Shown: positions 52,396 through 63,831 of the stretch, piece by piece
How the letters are laid out: each line of letters begins with the position of its first letter
How positions within the stretch are numbered: the first letter of the stretch is position 1
Assembly: GCA_963514005.1 (NCBI GenBank)
Contig: OY740811.1
Span: 28,086,001 to 28,150,000, forward strand
From: Raja brachyura
Lineage: Eukaryota
Length of the DNA: 64,000 bases
Direction: 5' to 3'
Position numbers and translations under genes: made by a program
Notes under the pieces: model-generated
Databases searched by the model: none
The model's input: only the letters and a program-made list of their open reading frames with translations
What the model was told of the DNA's origin: nothing

Positions 52396-53563
52396 ACCTA
52401 TTCCTTTTCGCCAGAGATGCTGTCCGACCTGCTGAGCTACTCCAGCATTTTGTGTCTATCTTTGGTTTAAACCAACATCTGCAGTTTCTTCCAACATACT
52501 TGACCTTATTAGTCTTGCAGCTGCTTGCAACCTCCTGGCATATTTGTATTTTGGGGGCCTCTCAACAGTGCACTCTCAACAGCGTGATCATCCCCTTTTT
52601 ATTTCTCAGCTCCACTCAAATAGCTTCACTGGATGAACCATCAGTAATGTGATCTCAGACTACTGTCATGACATTCTCCTTAATCAATTAAGCAGCAACC
52701 ATTCCTCTTTTACCGCCACGTCTATCTCTCCTGTAGCATCTGTACCCTGGAACTTTTAGTTGCCAGTCCTGTCCATCTCTTAGACACGTGTCCATAATGG
52801 CTAAAACGTCCCAGTTGTATGTACCTATCCACGCCCTAGGTTCATCTGCCTCACCCTACAAGCCTCTTACATTAAAATCAATGCAATTCATACCAACAGT
52901 CCTTCCTCACTCCCAGTCATGCTCCTGCCTAGTCTATCCACTGAATGTTCGTTGATCACCTTCCATACTGACATCCAAGCCTCTCATTTGCCTCATTCCT
53001 GCATTGGATCCTGCCCCTTTGCCAATCCAGTTTAAACCCGACCATGTTGCACTAGCTAATCTGTTACAAAATTGGTTCCCCTCCAGTTCAGGATCAGCCC
53101 ATCCCTCTTGCACAGTTCATTGCTTCATATATAAGGCAAGGAATACCTGGCAGAAGTTTGCAGGCTGGAATATAATTTGGGTTCTTTATAAATGGAGTAT
53201 CACAAAACTGGACTGGGTTATAGGTTGGAATAAAATTAATGGTTTGGATTTATTCGTAGAACAATTGATGCACACTAAGATATCGTCACGAATTTTAGGT
53301 GTGACAGAAATTTAGTGTTGCAGAGACTGAGAGCACATTAAGGAAGGAATGGAATCAAGGGCTCAACTGATTAGAATATCAAAAGAGTAAGTTGAGTAAA
53401 TAGGCTGGAGTCTAATTAGGAAGTCTAGCAGTTTAAAAACATATATCTTAGAATGTGTTTTAGTTAGAGTATCATTGGTTGGAGAATGTGAGGACTTTTG
53501 TCATTCCTATACATAAGCATATTTATATGTTTTGAATGAGACTATTCTATTTTGTTGTTCCAG

Positions 53564-54471
53564 ATGGCTTTTCCTGCCATCTATGCCAACCTGATGAGTG
53601 GTCACCACCAAAAAGCCCTATCTGCTTTCAGAGAACTTTGCAATACCTGTCCATGTCCTCACCTCTTGGCGCGACTCAGCTCCTGTTCATGGTACTTGAG
53701 CTCACACTAATCTTGGCAGTCATGATGATCTTTCTAATGAATTCTGGTGCTCCGATCGTGGAGGGTACTGGAGGGAAAATGAACATAGTCATGCTCATCT
53801 CACTAGCTCTCTTATGCTGCAGCTTGTTGCTGTTCCTTGGAGAACCCACCGAACTCATCTGTAAATCACGCCAGCCAGCAACTGCTCTCAGCCTCACCAT
53901 CTGCACATCTATCCTTCTGATCAACTCAGTACACATCTTGCTGACCACTGAGCTCACCAATTTCAGCAAGACGTTCCTCTGTAGATACCAACAATGCGGA
54001 AGATACCTCACCCTTTGTGTCAGTCTCGGAGGGCAAGGAGCCCTTTGTTACTTGTGGCTGAATACGGATGGTGACTTTCTGATGAAGACTGTAGGTGATT
54101 CTGAAGAGGCTCTTTTCGTCTTCTGTAAGAGTGAATCAGAGCTAGTATTCTGGGTGATGTTGGGATACAGTGGCCTACAAGCACTGTCCTGCTTCATGTG
54201 TACCTTTCTGATCCAAACTCCAGCTCACACCTACAATCTGGCTCGGGAGATTAGTGCCTCCATGATCCTCTTTATCACTATCTGGATTTGCTTTGTCCCA
54301 ACATATACAGCTGTGAACAAGAACCATGCACCTGCTGTGCAGACCTCTGCCATGATCCTCAGTTCTTTAGCAATACTTGGTGCCTATTTCATACCCAAAT
54401 GTTTTGTCCTTTGGTTTAAGCCACAATACAACACCACTGATTACTTCCAGGTTTATAATCTAAAAATGTAA
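53564..54471 (+). CDS. TAS1R4: TAS1R gene B exon 6 (7TM domain)
   Basis: CQPDEWSP...CF, CFMCTFL...YNLAREIS, IWICFVP and YFIPKC resemble the TAS1R3 side of the family; total CDS 2538 nt = 845 aa; AATAAA 54898-54903. Confidence 0.93.
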
Positions 54472-55829
54472 ACAAAGGAGTATCAGTGATACGAAAACAC
54501 TCACATTTGCTTTAGAATAATACTGAAGAAGGATCTTGACCCAAGATGTCACCTATCCATGTTCTCCATGACCTACTGAGTTACTCAAGCAGTTGGTGTC
54601 TTTTTGAGAAACCAGCATCTACAGTTCTTTGTTTCTACTCTCTTCTAATAATTAGTCACCGTGCTTTGATATCACGATAGTTCCTGCTGCACTTATATTG
54701 TTTCGATAGATAATAATATTTCTCATTTTGTTCCAAACACTTCAATTTCCCATGAGACTATCTGAATGAGTTATTTCATTTTGTAGAGATATTTTACAAC
54801 CAGAGTAACTGTCCAAAGTGATTACACTCTTTGTTTGAACTAGCTTTAATGTTAGTTCAGCCCAATTGTTCAGTGATTTTACAAATATAAACTTCTCAAT
54901 AAAATGAATTACTCTAAGTAGACATTAAATAATTTATTCTTTAAGTGATGCCCAGTTTATTCATTTATATCTTTAAGCACTGAGTGATGAATTGTTGTTT
55001 TATTTTTTGCGACAGGTGCATGTAATGTTGTGATTCATGTTCCAGTGATTTTCTTATTAGAACATTATGGGCTCTAATGCTGGGGCTCTCAGATATCTTG
55101 CCCATGTATATGCCTGAGCATGCATAATACATTCTGTAAAAGACCTACGATGCTACATCTTGTCTTACGTATTACTGGTTCTACCCAGAGGTTCATATCA
55201 GAGCCTTCAAACAAATTCCAAGATCAAAGCGACTAGGGAATATATTCATTTTAATTATTTACTTATCTAGGCTCTTCCAATGGGCAAAGTTAAAATTGAC
55301 CCCAACATTTTCTGTGACATGAAACAAAACCTGCAGTGCGAATACATTTGAATCACATTGACATTTAGCTGAGATCAAGTGCACTGGTGTCTCATGAGAA
55401 ACCTGCTATTAGTGTTCAGGCATGAGGGTATGTGCTGAGAATCCTGTCACTTCCTGCTGTTCCCTCAGGCTGTGGATTGGTGTTAATTACTGACATCCTG
55501 ATGCTGATCAGGGACCAGTCTAACACCTTTTCCAGCAATAGTACTTGTTCTTTTAAAAGCAGCTGCATGAGGTTACTGCAGGTCTATGGAGGGGAAAAAA
55601 AGGGACAAGCACCACAATCATTCTAATGCAGAGGCTTCATCCACCTTCCTGACAAGTAGGGACCAGACTGTAATGATATCTTACTACATACCTCATGTTC
55701 TGAAGAGGGGGGAGGGGGAGAAGTTGACCTTCCCGGACAGATATGTTGAATGACAATAATGTTCCCAATATTCATATTCATTAGGTTCATGAATATGGGA
55801 ATAATTCGGAAGGTCGGAAGTGTGCTTAC

Positions 55830-57270
55830 TTCAATGAAAAGAGTATTGTGGGTAAAGCTGATGAACTTGAATCAATGCTTGGAATTATGATATCGTGACC
55901 ATTAAAGAAACTTGGTTGCAAGAGGGACATGCCTGGCACCTCAACATGCCTGGGTTTCGATGTTTCAGACGAGATAGAGGGGGTGGTAAAAGAGGAGGAG
56001 GAGTTGCTTTGTTAATCAGGGAGAATGTCACGGTGGTAACCAGAGTGGACATACTGGAGGGCAGGTCTACTGAGGCATAATGAGTTGAGCTCAAAAATAA
56101 GAAAGGAGTAATTACTCTAATGGGATTTTATTATAGGCCACCCAATAGTCAGCGGGAGATAATCAGATATGTATTATCAGATTACGGAAGGATGAAGAAC
56201 CACATGATTGGTGTAGTGGATGACTTTAACTTCCCCAATATAGATGGAGACTTACATTGGGCAAGAGGATTAGATGGGGCAAAAGTTGTTAAGTGCAGCT
56301 AAGAAGGTTTCCTTAAACAGTATGTGAATAGTCCGACGTGGAGAGGGACCATAGTGGACCTTGTATGGGAAAAGAACCTGGCCAGGTGCCTGGTGTTGCA
56401 GTGGAAGATTTTATGGATAGTGCACACAACTCCAAAAGTTTTAAGATTGTTTTGAATAGGGACATGTCTGGATGTTTTGGGCAAGGCAGATTACAATGTC
56501 ATTAGGAAGACGCTAAGTAGGGTAGATTGTTATTGGGTAAGTCTGCCGAGGACATGTGGGAGTCGTTTGAAGGCCAGCTGATTAAGGTGCAGGATCAGCA
56601 TGCTCCAGTAAGGAGGGGGGTAAAAGGGCTGTTCCACTGTGGCGACCTAATTGGCGAGTTTAGGAGAGTTTGAAAAAATGTCATGTTGAAGACCTCCTTC
56701 GACTATGTAGAAGACCTCCTTCAACTATGTTGAAGACTAGCTTTGGGAAAATTGGACACCGAATAGTGGAGAGTGAAGACGACATCCTTCGACCTCCCTT
56801 CGACTATGTTGAAGACTATCTACGATTACCTTCGGCTACCCTCGATTACCTACGGATAACATGCCGACCTACTACGACCTACTTCGACTAAACCTACCAG
56901 TAAAAAAAGTATCGTTTTTTTTCCTTGGCGACCTTTTTTTTACTCCTGGGCATTTTTCAACATGTTGAAAAATACGCCGCAACCTAGCTGAGGCCTCGAG
57001 TAAGTGGGGACTAGTCACGAGCATGAAGGAGAGTTATGAAGACCTCCTAGGACCTTGTGTCCACCATGCTGCGACTATGAGTCGAGGGCAAACTCGTCTG
57101 AACTTGCGAATTAGGTCTCCGCAGTGGGACAGCCCCTTAAGGATGGCAAAGTAAGGGAACTGTGGATGATCAAGGAGATTGGAAAAAAGCATGTCAGGTT
57201 TAAAAAGGTGGCATCAGACATTATGAGGAATGTAAAGCAAGTAGGAACGTACTCAAGAGGGCCTTCTTGA
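55830..57270 (+). mobile_element. CR1-type LINE endonuclease region, split by the MITE
   Basis: IKETWL...GGGVALLI, YYRPPNS, DFNFPNID. Confidence 0.85.
56624..57137. mobile_element. PIF/Harbinger-type MITE nested in a CR1 LINE
   Basis: Imperfect TIRs of about 38 bp (AAGGGCTGTTCCACTGTGGCGACCTAATT... / ...AATTAGGTCTCCGCAGTGGGACAGCCCCT); 3-bp TAA TSD at 56621-56623 and 57138-57140; internal GAAGACCTCCTTCGACTATGT repeats. Confidence 0.85.
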
Positions 57271-58494
57271 CATGTTTGAAGCTTCGTATATCTTTTAATC
57301 ATTCACATTTGTCTCCCACATTTCAATACTGTAAATCAAAGTCATTAATAGAAAGAGGAATCTATTCAACCGGTGTAGATCTTTCAAATGTCCCTTGTGA
57401 AGCCCAGCTACATTAATTACCACTTAAAATCAAAATAGCTGCAGATATTGAAATCAGCTTAGTCAAACACGTTATCTTTAACGGCTTTGAACTAACCTTT
57501 GTAAACATTACAAATATTACTTAGCTTGTGAGCTATAGCATGCGTTAGAGACTGCAAGGATCAAAATATATGGGGAGTCTGTAACAAGATACCTTACAGA
57601 GAGAGGCGCAGAACATAAGGTGTTATGAAGAGATTTTATCAGATACAAAATATATAATCTGTCAAATATAAAATATAAGGAAGATCATTTGTGCATCGGT
57701 GTTCTCTCTTTGGTGGAGCTAGTGATACTGATTACTCTTCATAGACCTTCTCTTCATCAAACAATACAAATATTCCTTTGGCCTGTTTGGTTAACCCAGT
57801 AGATTAATCCAAAATGTATTATGTCAGAGATAAATCAATTTTCAGGTTGGAAAAAAGCAAGTTTTATATCTGGAATTCTACATGCGATATTCCTCAGGGT
57901 TGCCAGCTAATCAAGGCACAGAATATAAAAGAATTGATGATAGCGAGCCTCTTCATATGCCTGGATACATGGTGACAGATGACTTGTGATCAACTCTTGT
58001 CATCATGTATGTCATCTGTGTCAGGTTCCCAGCAGATGGCAATATTGCATTGCATTCACTCAATTCTCATTGGTTCAATGGTGATGGTCATGGAGACTGT
58101 AACATATTGTCCCAATTTAACAGAACAACAATAATGATAATGACATTAACCCCAAACTGGCAAATATTCTTATGGGAATTTAACAATAAAAATAAAAATG
58201 GCATTAAACTGACAACAGCTTAATTAGTAACTGCAGAATTCTAACCTAATCTAATCCAAATCAAATCAACACAGACCTCTGTACTTAAAAAAATATATTA
58301 TATGAAGTGTACATTTGTACATAGTACCTTCAAACAGCTGTCAACAACCAGTTGATATCCTGACTAGAACACCATCTAATCTATGCAGTTTTCACCTATG
58401 AAGAATATTCATCTGTGTGAAATGTGAGCCGCACGATGGGGAATGGAACCACTCTGAGTTTTAAATAAGGGATAAATAACTAAGCATTTATACC

Positions 58495-58712
58495 CTGGTA
58501 TTTCACTCTGACACTAACACTCGTCACAATGGTCTTTCAGGTGTATTTTAGTGCTTTAATTATGGTTGCTACCAAAAGTAAAATAAAAAGAGTGATCATA
58601 ACCTAATTAGCACCCTTGTAGATCATCTCATTTCTATTCCTTGGAGAACCCACCAAACCCTGCGTCAGATGACACCAGTCAATCATTATCCTCAGTCTCA
58701 CCATATGCATCC
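58495..58712 (+). pseudogene. Eroded relic of a TAS1R4-like exon 6
   Basis: 18-nt identity TTCCTTGGAGAACCCACC (58637-58654 vs 53833-53850) and a 17/19 match at 58691-58709 vs 53887-53905 in the same register; translates with in-frame stops. Confidence 0.75.
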
Positions 58713-60505
58713 CGAAACAGAAACAAAATATATCACAAACGTAAGTCTGATCTGGGTATATACTGTCAAACAGAAGGCAGGACAGACTTAACCTAATTCA
58801 AATTGATTTGCAAGGCATGTATGCATTTACAATCCCCTACATCTCACATGCAAACAGGATGTCACACACAAATATAGCAAGAACCATGCTCACAGGTGTG
58901 CATAATAAACTTGACTTCTTTTGCATCACGGTTCATTGAAGAATGGTGGAACAGGCAACAAAATATCTATTCATAGCAATTTGTATGGAGCAAGGCTGCC
59001 TTAATATTCAAGGAATGTTGTTCTTCATTGGAATATAAAGGCATGAAATTCTATTAAAAAAAATCTGAACCTTATTCAGACTCTAGGAGTTCAGTTTTGG
59101 GCCATGACATTAAGGATATGCTAGCCTTGAAGGAGATGCAGCACGTGATCACTACATTTTACCAGAGACAGACATTATGCAGAAAATTTTATTGCGTTCT
59201 CGAGATTGGAAGACAGAGGTGATAGTTAGGGATCAAAATATATCTGAAGTAAAAAGAGGAAGCGCTGGATACACTCAGCAGTCAGGCAGCACCTGTGGTG
59301 TGGAAAACAGAATTAACATTTCAAGTTGAAGACTCTTTGTTGGAATGGGGAAACAGAAAATTAAAGTCAGTTTTAAGTTGTAGAGAATATTGGGGAGCGG
59401 AGGTGTACAGAACAAAAGGGAATATTTTTGATGTGGTTGGCTAATTTTGCTGTGGATAAACTGTACATTAAGTTGGCAAGTTAATGAGGGGAGTTGAAGA
59501 AAGTTATTGAAGGCATTGAAAGAGGAAGCACAAAGGATTGTGAAAGCTAAAACATGCAGTGCTGTGGGGAATACCCAGCAGATCAGACCATGCCAGTGGA
59601 GAGAAATAAAACGGAGCCAATATTATTTATGGAAGACAACACAGAAGGCAGTGGAGGACAATTCTCTGGAGGTTTTCAAGAGAGAGTTAGATAGATCTCT
59701 TAAAGACAGAGGAGTGAAGGGACATGGGAGAAGGCAGGAACTGATTGTGGATGACCAGCCATGATCACAGTGAATGGCGGTGCTGGCTCGAAGGGCCAAA
59801 TGGCCTACTCCTGCACCTATTGCCTATAAATGGCAATATACGTTTGGATGTGCGACCCTGGGCCACATGGGTACAATTCATCATTGGATTCAACAGGATT
59901 CGCGGGATTTGCACTTGCAGGTCTAAAATTTGCCACGTGTTGTGTCGCATGGTCAGAAGATTATGAATTAAACTTCCTTATTCTCTAGTTATTCTGAAAA
60001 AAACATTTAACCAATGCTTTGAAGGTTGAACCAGAATAGCTTCAGAAGTATATCAATAATCATCTGTCTCGTCTGGAGTGTTTGGTCAACACATGAATTA
60101 CATCTGAGAAGAAATACCTATTAGTTTTGATTTACATTCATATGCCCTTTTTCCTTCATTCCTTTACCTTCATTATCCTATGCATTTCGATCTTGAATCT
60201 ATCGCAACCAAAGCCTCACAACTCCGTGTCAAGCAGTTTCTCTTGATCATGTTCCAACTGCCTCAATGTAGCATTGTATTCCTAGATTATCAACTACTGA
60301 AAGCTGTAACTTTGAATAAAAAGTGTCCATATTTAAGTCTTATTTCATATCTAACTACAGTGTAACTACACATCCTAATTACAGTGTGGAGCCAAAATGC
60401 CTCATACTTATCCAGTCACATATGGTTGCATAATCTATAGCCACCATGAGCCCTGCCCATACTAGTCTTCCGTGAAATAAAGCCTTCTTTATACAAACTG
60501 GATAC

Positions 60506-61845
60506 CTGGAGAACATGGATAGATGATGTTTTGGTTTGGGATCCTTCTTCAGACTGATTGTGTTGTGGGGGGAGAAAGCTGAAAGAGAGGATCGGCAGGA
60601 CAATGTTTGGTAAGTGATAGGTGTCACAGGTGAGGGTTTTTTTCATGGGCAGATAGTTGGTCAAAGGGTGGAGATGAAAAGACAGGGATAAGGATATAAG
60701 AAGTGCAAATTGAAAAGCCAGAGGAAGGAATATAGGTGAGAGGTGAGGGCAAGGGGAATACTATCTTGTTTCATCTGAGGTGAGGGCGAGCGAGAGGAGA
60801 ACTACAGGTCACAGAAGAGATACAAGGATAGAAATCTCCTGGTCCTCCCTTTCACTCCATTAGCCTCTGCATCCAACAGATCATTCTGACATTTCCACCA
60901 CGTTCAGCATGATCTTATCAGAAGTCGCATCTTCCCATCCTCACCCCTTTCTGCATTCTGCAGAGATTGCTCCCTCCACCATGCCTTGATTCACCCATCC
61001 TTTCCCACCCAAACCACCCCCTCCCCTGGTACTTTCCCCCGCAACCACAGAGGATGTAACACATGTCCCTATACTTCCTACCTCACATCCATCCATGGAC
61101 CCCAGCAGTCCTTCCGGGGGAAGGCAGTGCACATGCACCTCCTCCAAACTGATCTATTGCATTCGATGTTCCTGATGTGGCCTCCTTTACATCAGGGAAA
61201 CCAAATGTAGACTCGATGACCGTTTCACTGAAAGGTTGCACTCGGTCCTCCAAAGCCTACTGGGTCTCCCGGTTGCTAGCCATTTTAATTCCGCTTCCCA
61301 TTCCCATACTGACCATTCTGTCCTGGGCCTCCCCCATTGCCATAGTGAGACCATACGCAAACTGGACGAACAGCATATTCTGCTTGCGTAGCTTATAACC
61401 TTATGGTATGAACATTGAATTCTCCAATTTATGGTAACTAACCCTTCTCTGCCCCCTCTTTTCCTCTCCGCCCTTTTTTCCCTCTTCCCTCTTTTCCCTG
61501 TGCCCCATCTGGATGTCACCCATTTCTCTCTTCCCCATCCCCTTCCACCTATTTACCTTCATCTGGCTACAGAATTTGCACTTACATAGCATCACACTTC
61601 TTCTATCCTTATCTCACACCTTTTGTCTTTTCATCACTGGCCTTTGTCCAACCATCTGCTTATCAAGCATCCCTCTTCACCTGTAACCACCTATCACTTA
61701 CCAGGGTTTGTCCCGCCCCTCCTCCTTCCAGCTTTTTCACTTCCATTACATTCAGTCTGAAGAAGGGTCCCGACTCCTGACCCGAAACATCACCTATCCA
61801 TCTTCTCCAAAAATGCTGCCTGACCCGCTGAGTTACTCCAGCCAC
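60506..61845 (+). mobile_element. Penelope-like element 3' part (GIY-YIG endonuclease relic) with inverted terminal copy
   Basis: PGTFPRNHRGCNTCPY, then LIYCIRCS*CGLLYIRETKCRLDDRF...VASHFNS...H; hammerhead-like terminus 61757-61791; 60506-60760 is an inverted copy of about 61530-61810. Confidence 0.85.
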
Positions 61846-61853
61846 TCTTTAAC

Positions 61854-62035
61854 ATGCTTCTCGTTTATTCCTGTCTGAATTCCCTTCCCATTGAAAATGT
61901 CCACTGTGGCAGTGCAATGCCTGGACCCCACAAAAAGCCGCTCCAACAGTTTCAGGCTAATGGGAATTACATCCTCTTTCCACTTTATGCCAGTAATGCA
62001 AACAGAATAAATTCAGACTCTGACAAGTGTAAAAG
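61854..62035 (+). pseudogene. TAS1R3: TAS1R3-like pseudogene exon 1
   Basis: QQFQANGNYIL---FPLY...DKCK matches family exon 1 but lacks the GG(L) tripeptide; phase-2 donor GTAAGT at 62036. Confidence 0.75.
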
Positions 62036-63044
62036 GTAAGTTTGTTCTGTCTTGCAGTTTGAACACCCCAGGCAGCTTGTTGTAGGACTGACTCATACAG
62101 ACTTGTGCAGTGCACATTTCCAACCTTGTTCCTTGAAGAGTTTATTGAGTAACTACACACCTTTCAACATTAAAAAAGTGTTCATAGATTATTCTTAGAA
62201 GCGGTATCAGTAACATTTGTGCAAGGTCCCACATAAAAGCGGTACCAGGTCAGATGATTGAAATCTTCACACAGGGGATAGGATTTAAGAGTGCTTAAAG
62301 AGCAGTAGGAAGTAGAGAGGCGGTTGAGGGAATTCCAGAGCTCAGAGCCATGACTGGAATTCATAGCTGTCCATGGTAGGGTGAAGGAAATCAAGAATGT
62401 TCAAGATGCTGGAACTGGAGCAGAAATATCTGGCATGGTTAAATCTGGAGAAGATTAAGGACAAGGACAGTGATTTAATTTTTAAATCATTGCAATAATG
62501 GGCTGGAAGCAAGTGCACTAGTGAACACTGGTGTGATGGGAATGTGTTACTTGATTTGAGATGGGATACAAATTTTGGATAATCACTTCATTTACAGGAA
62601 TGGAAGGGACTACAAAGAGCCTTGGCGTCTTAGGTTTCAGGAGGTAAAAATCAGCCAGTGATCGTAGCTGACATGTGAAAGTGGAAACGATTAGGCAGCA
62701 CTGAAAAATCTAGACCTGGTATAATAGTTTCAGGTGGAATAATAAAAGCGCAGCAGAGTGAGTGAACTGGAATAAAATTCTGCTGATAAATAGTGATGAC
62801 TGTTATCCACAATGCCTGCAAGATAATGTTTATCAATTCCTGATCCCGGCACCACTTGTCATTGAAGGACATAAAGTGCTGGAGTAACTATATGGATTAG
62901 GCAGCATCTCCAGAGAACATGGACAGGTGTCATTTCAGGTCGGACGCTACTTCAGACTGAGTTGTTGAGTTACTCCAGAACTTTGTACCCTTTTGTGTAA
63001 ACCAACATCTGCAATTCCTTGTTTCTACCTCTTGACCCAATTCC

Positions 63045-63680
63045 ACTGGGTGGCACCAGCAATGGCTGCCTCGCTAAGTCTGTCTGTCCCTTCCTTCTTT
63101 GTGATTTAATAGTTTGTGTTAAATGTATGTTTTTAGTGGTCTTTATCTTGTTTTATGTGGGGGGGTTGGAGGGGCGTGGGGGTTGGGGGAATTTTTTTCT
63201 AACCTCTTGCCTCGGCAGAGATGCCTTTTTTTTCCGTATTGTATCTCCGTCCGCATTGCAGCCGAACATCGAGGAGTTGCCGCCGGCCTTTGCTGGAGAC
63301 CGACTTTTGAGATCTCCCAGGAGGGGAGTCTATGGGACTTTAACATCAAGGAGCTCTCAATCCCTTTGCCAGGGATCGACCTTGGAGCACCAACCGTGAG
63401 AGCTTGCAGTGTTAACATTATGGAGCTCGCGGTCTCTCGTCAAAACTCGTGGGAGTTTCGATCGCCCCGATGCGGAGCTCTGACCGCGGGAGAATAAAGA
63501 GGAAGATTAGACTTTTTTGCCTTCGATCACAGTGAGGAATGTGGGGAATCCGCTGTTTATGTGGATGTGTATGTTAACTTTTATGTAGTTGTGTCTTGTT
63601 GCTTTTTTTTGGTATGGCTGTATGGTAATTAGTATATCACTGTACCTTAATTGGTACGTGACAATAAAAGACCTTTGAAA
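63045..63680 (+). mobile_element. Unclassified CpG-rich retroposon fragment
   Basis: CpG-rich body ending in the hairpin GTACCTTAATTGGTAC plus AATAAA, typical of LINE/SINE 3' ends. Confidence 0.5.
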
Positions 63681-63831
63681 CTGTGACACTGACTGTATTT
63701 CTACCGATCTTAAATCTTCACCGCCCAATTCGAAAATCCTTTCTTCCTTGTGACTTTGTGAATACAGACCTCTTTGGTAAGGGTGAATTTAGCCTGTGGT
63801 TATTGCTTGACAGTCCAATCTTTCTTTGCAG

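Larger units (their letters stand above)
51640..53100 (-). mobile_element. CR1-type LINE fragments hosting nested insertions
   Basis: LYKTLMRPHFEYC...LERLQRRVTRMLPG; endonuclease relic 52500-52850. Confidence 0.8.

Noticed and set aside
55400-55800. Possible exon 1 relic of the TAS1R4 duplicate
   Set aside because: Only a 9-nt match (AATGCAGAG); cannot be told from chance
56687-56830. Short spaced direct repeats resembling a CRISPR array
   Set aside because: Eukaryotic DNA; the repeats are internal to a TIR element and lack unique spacers
60440-60475. Strong Kozak GCCACCATG as a displaced start of the pseudogene
   Set aside because: Reads MSPAHTSLP* with no signal-peptide character
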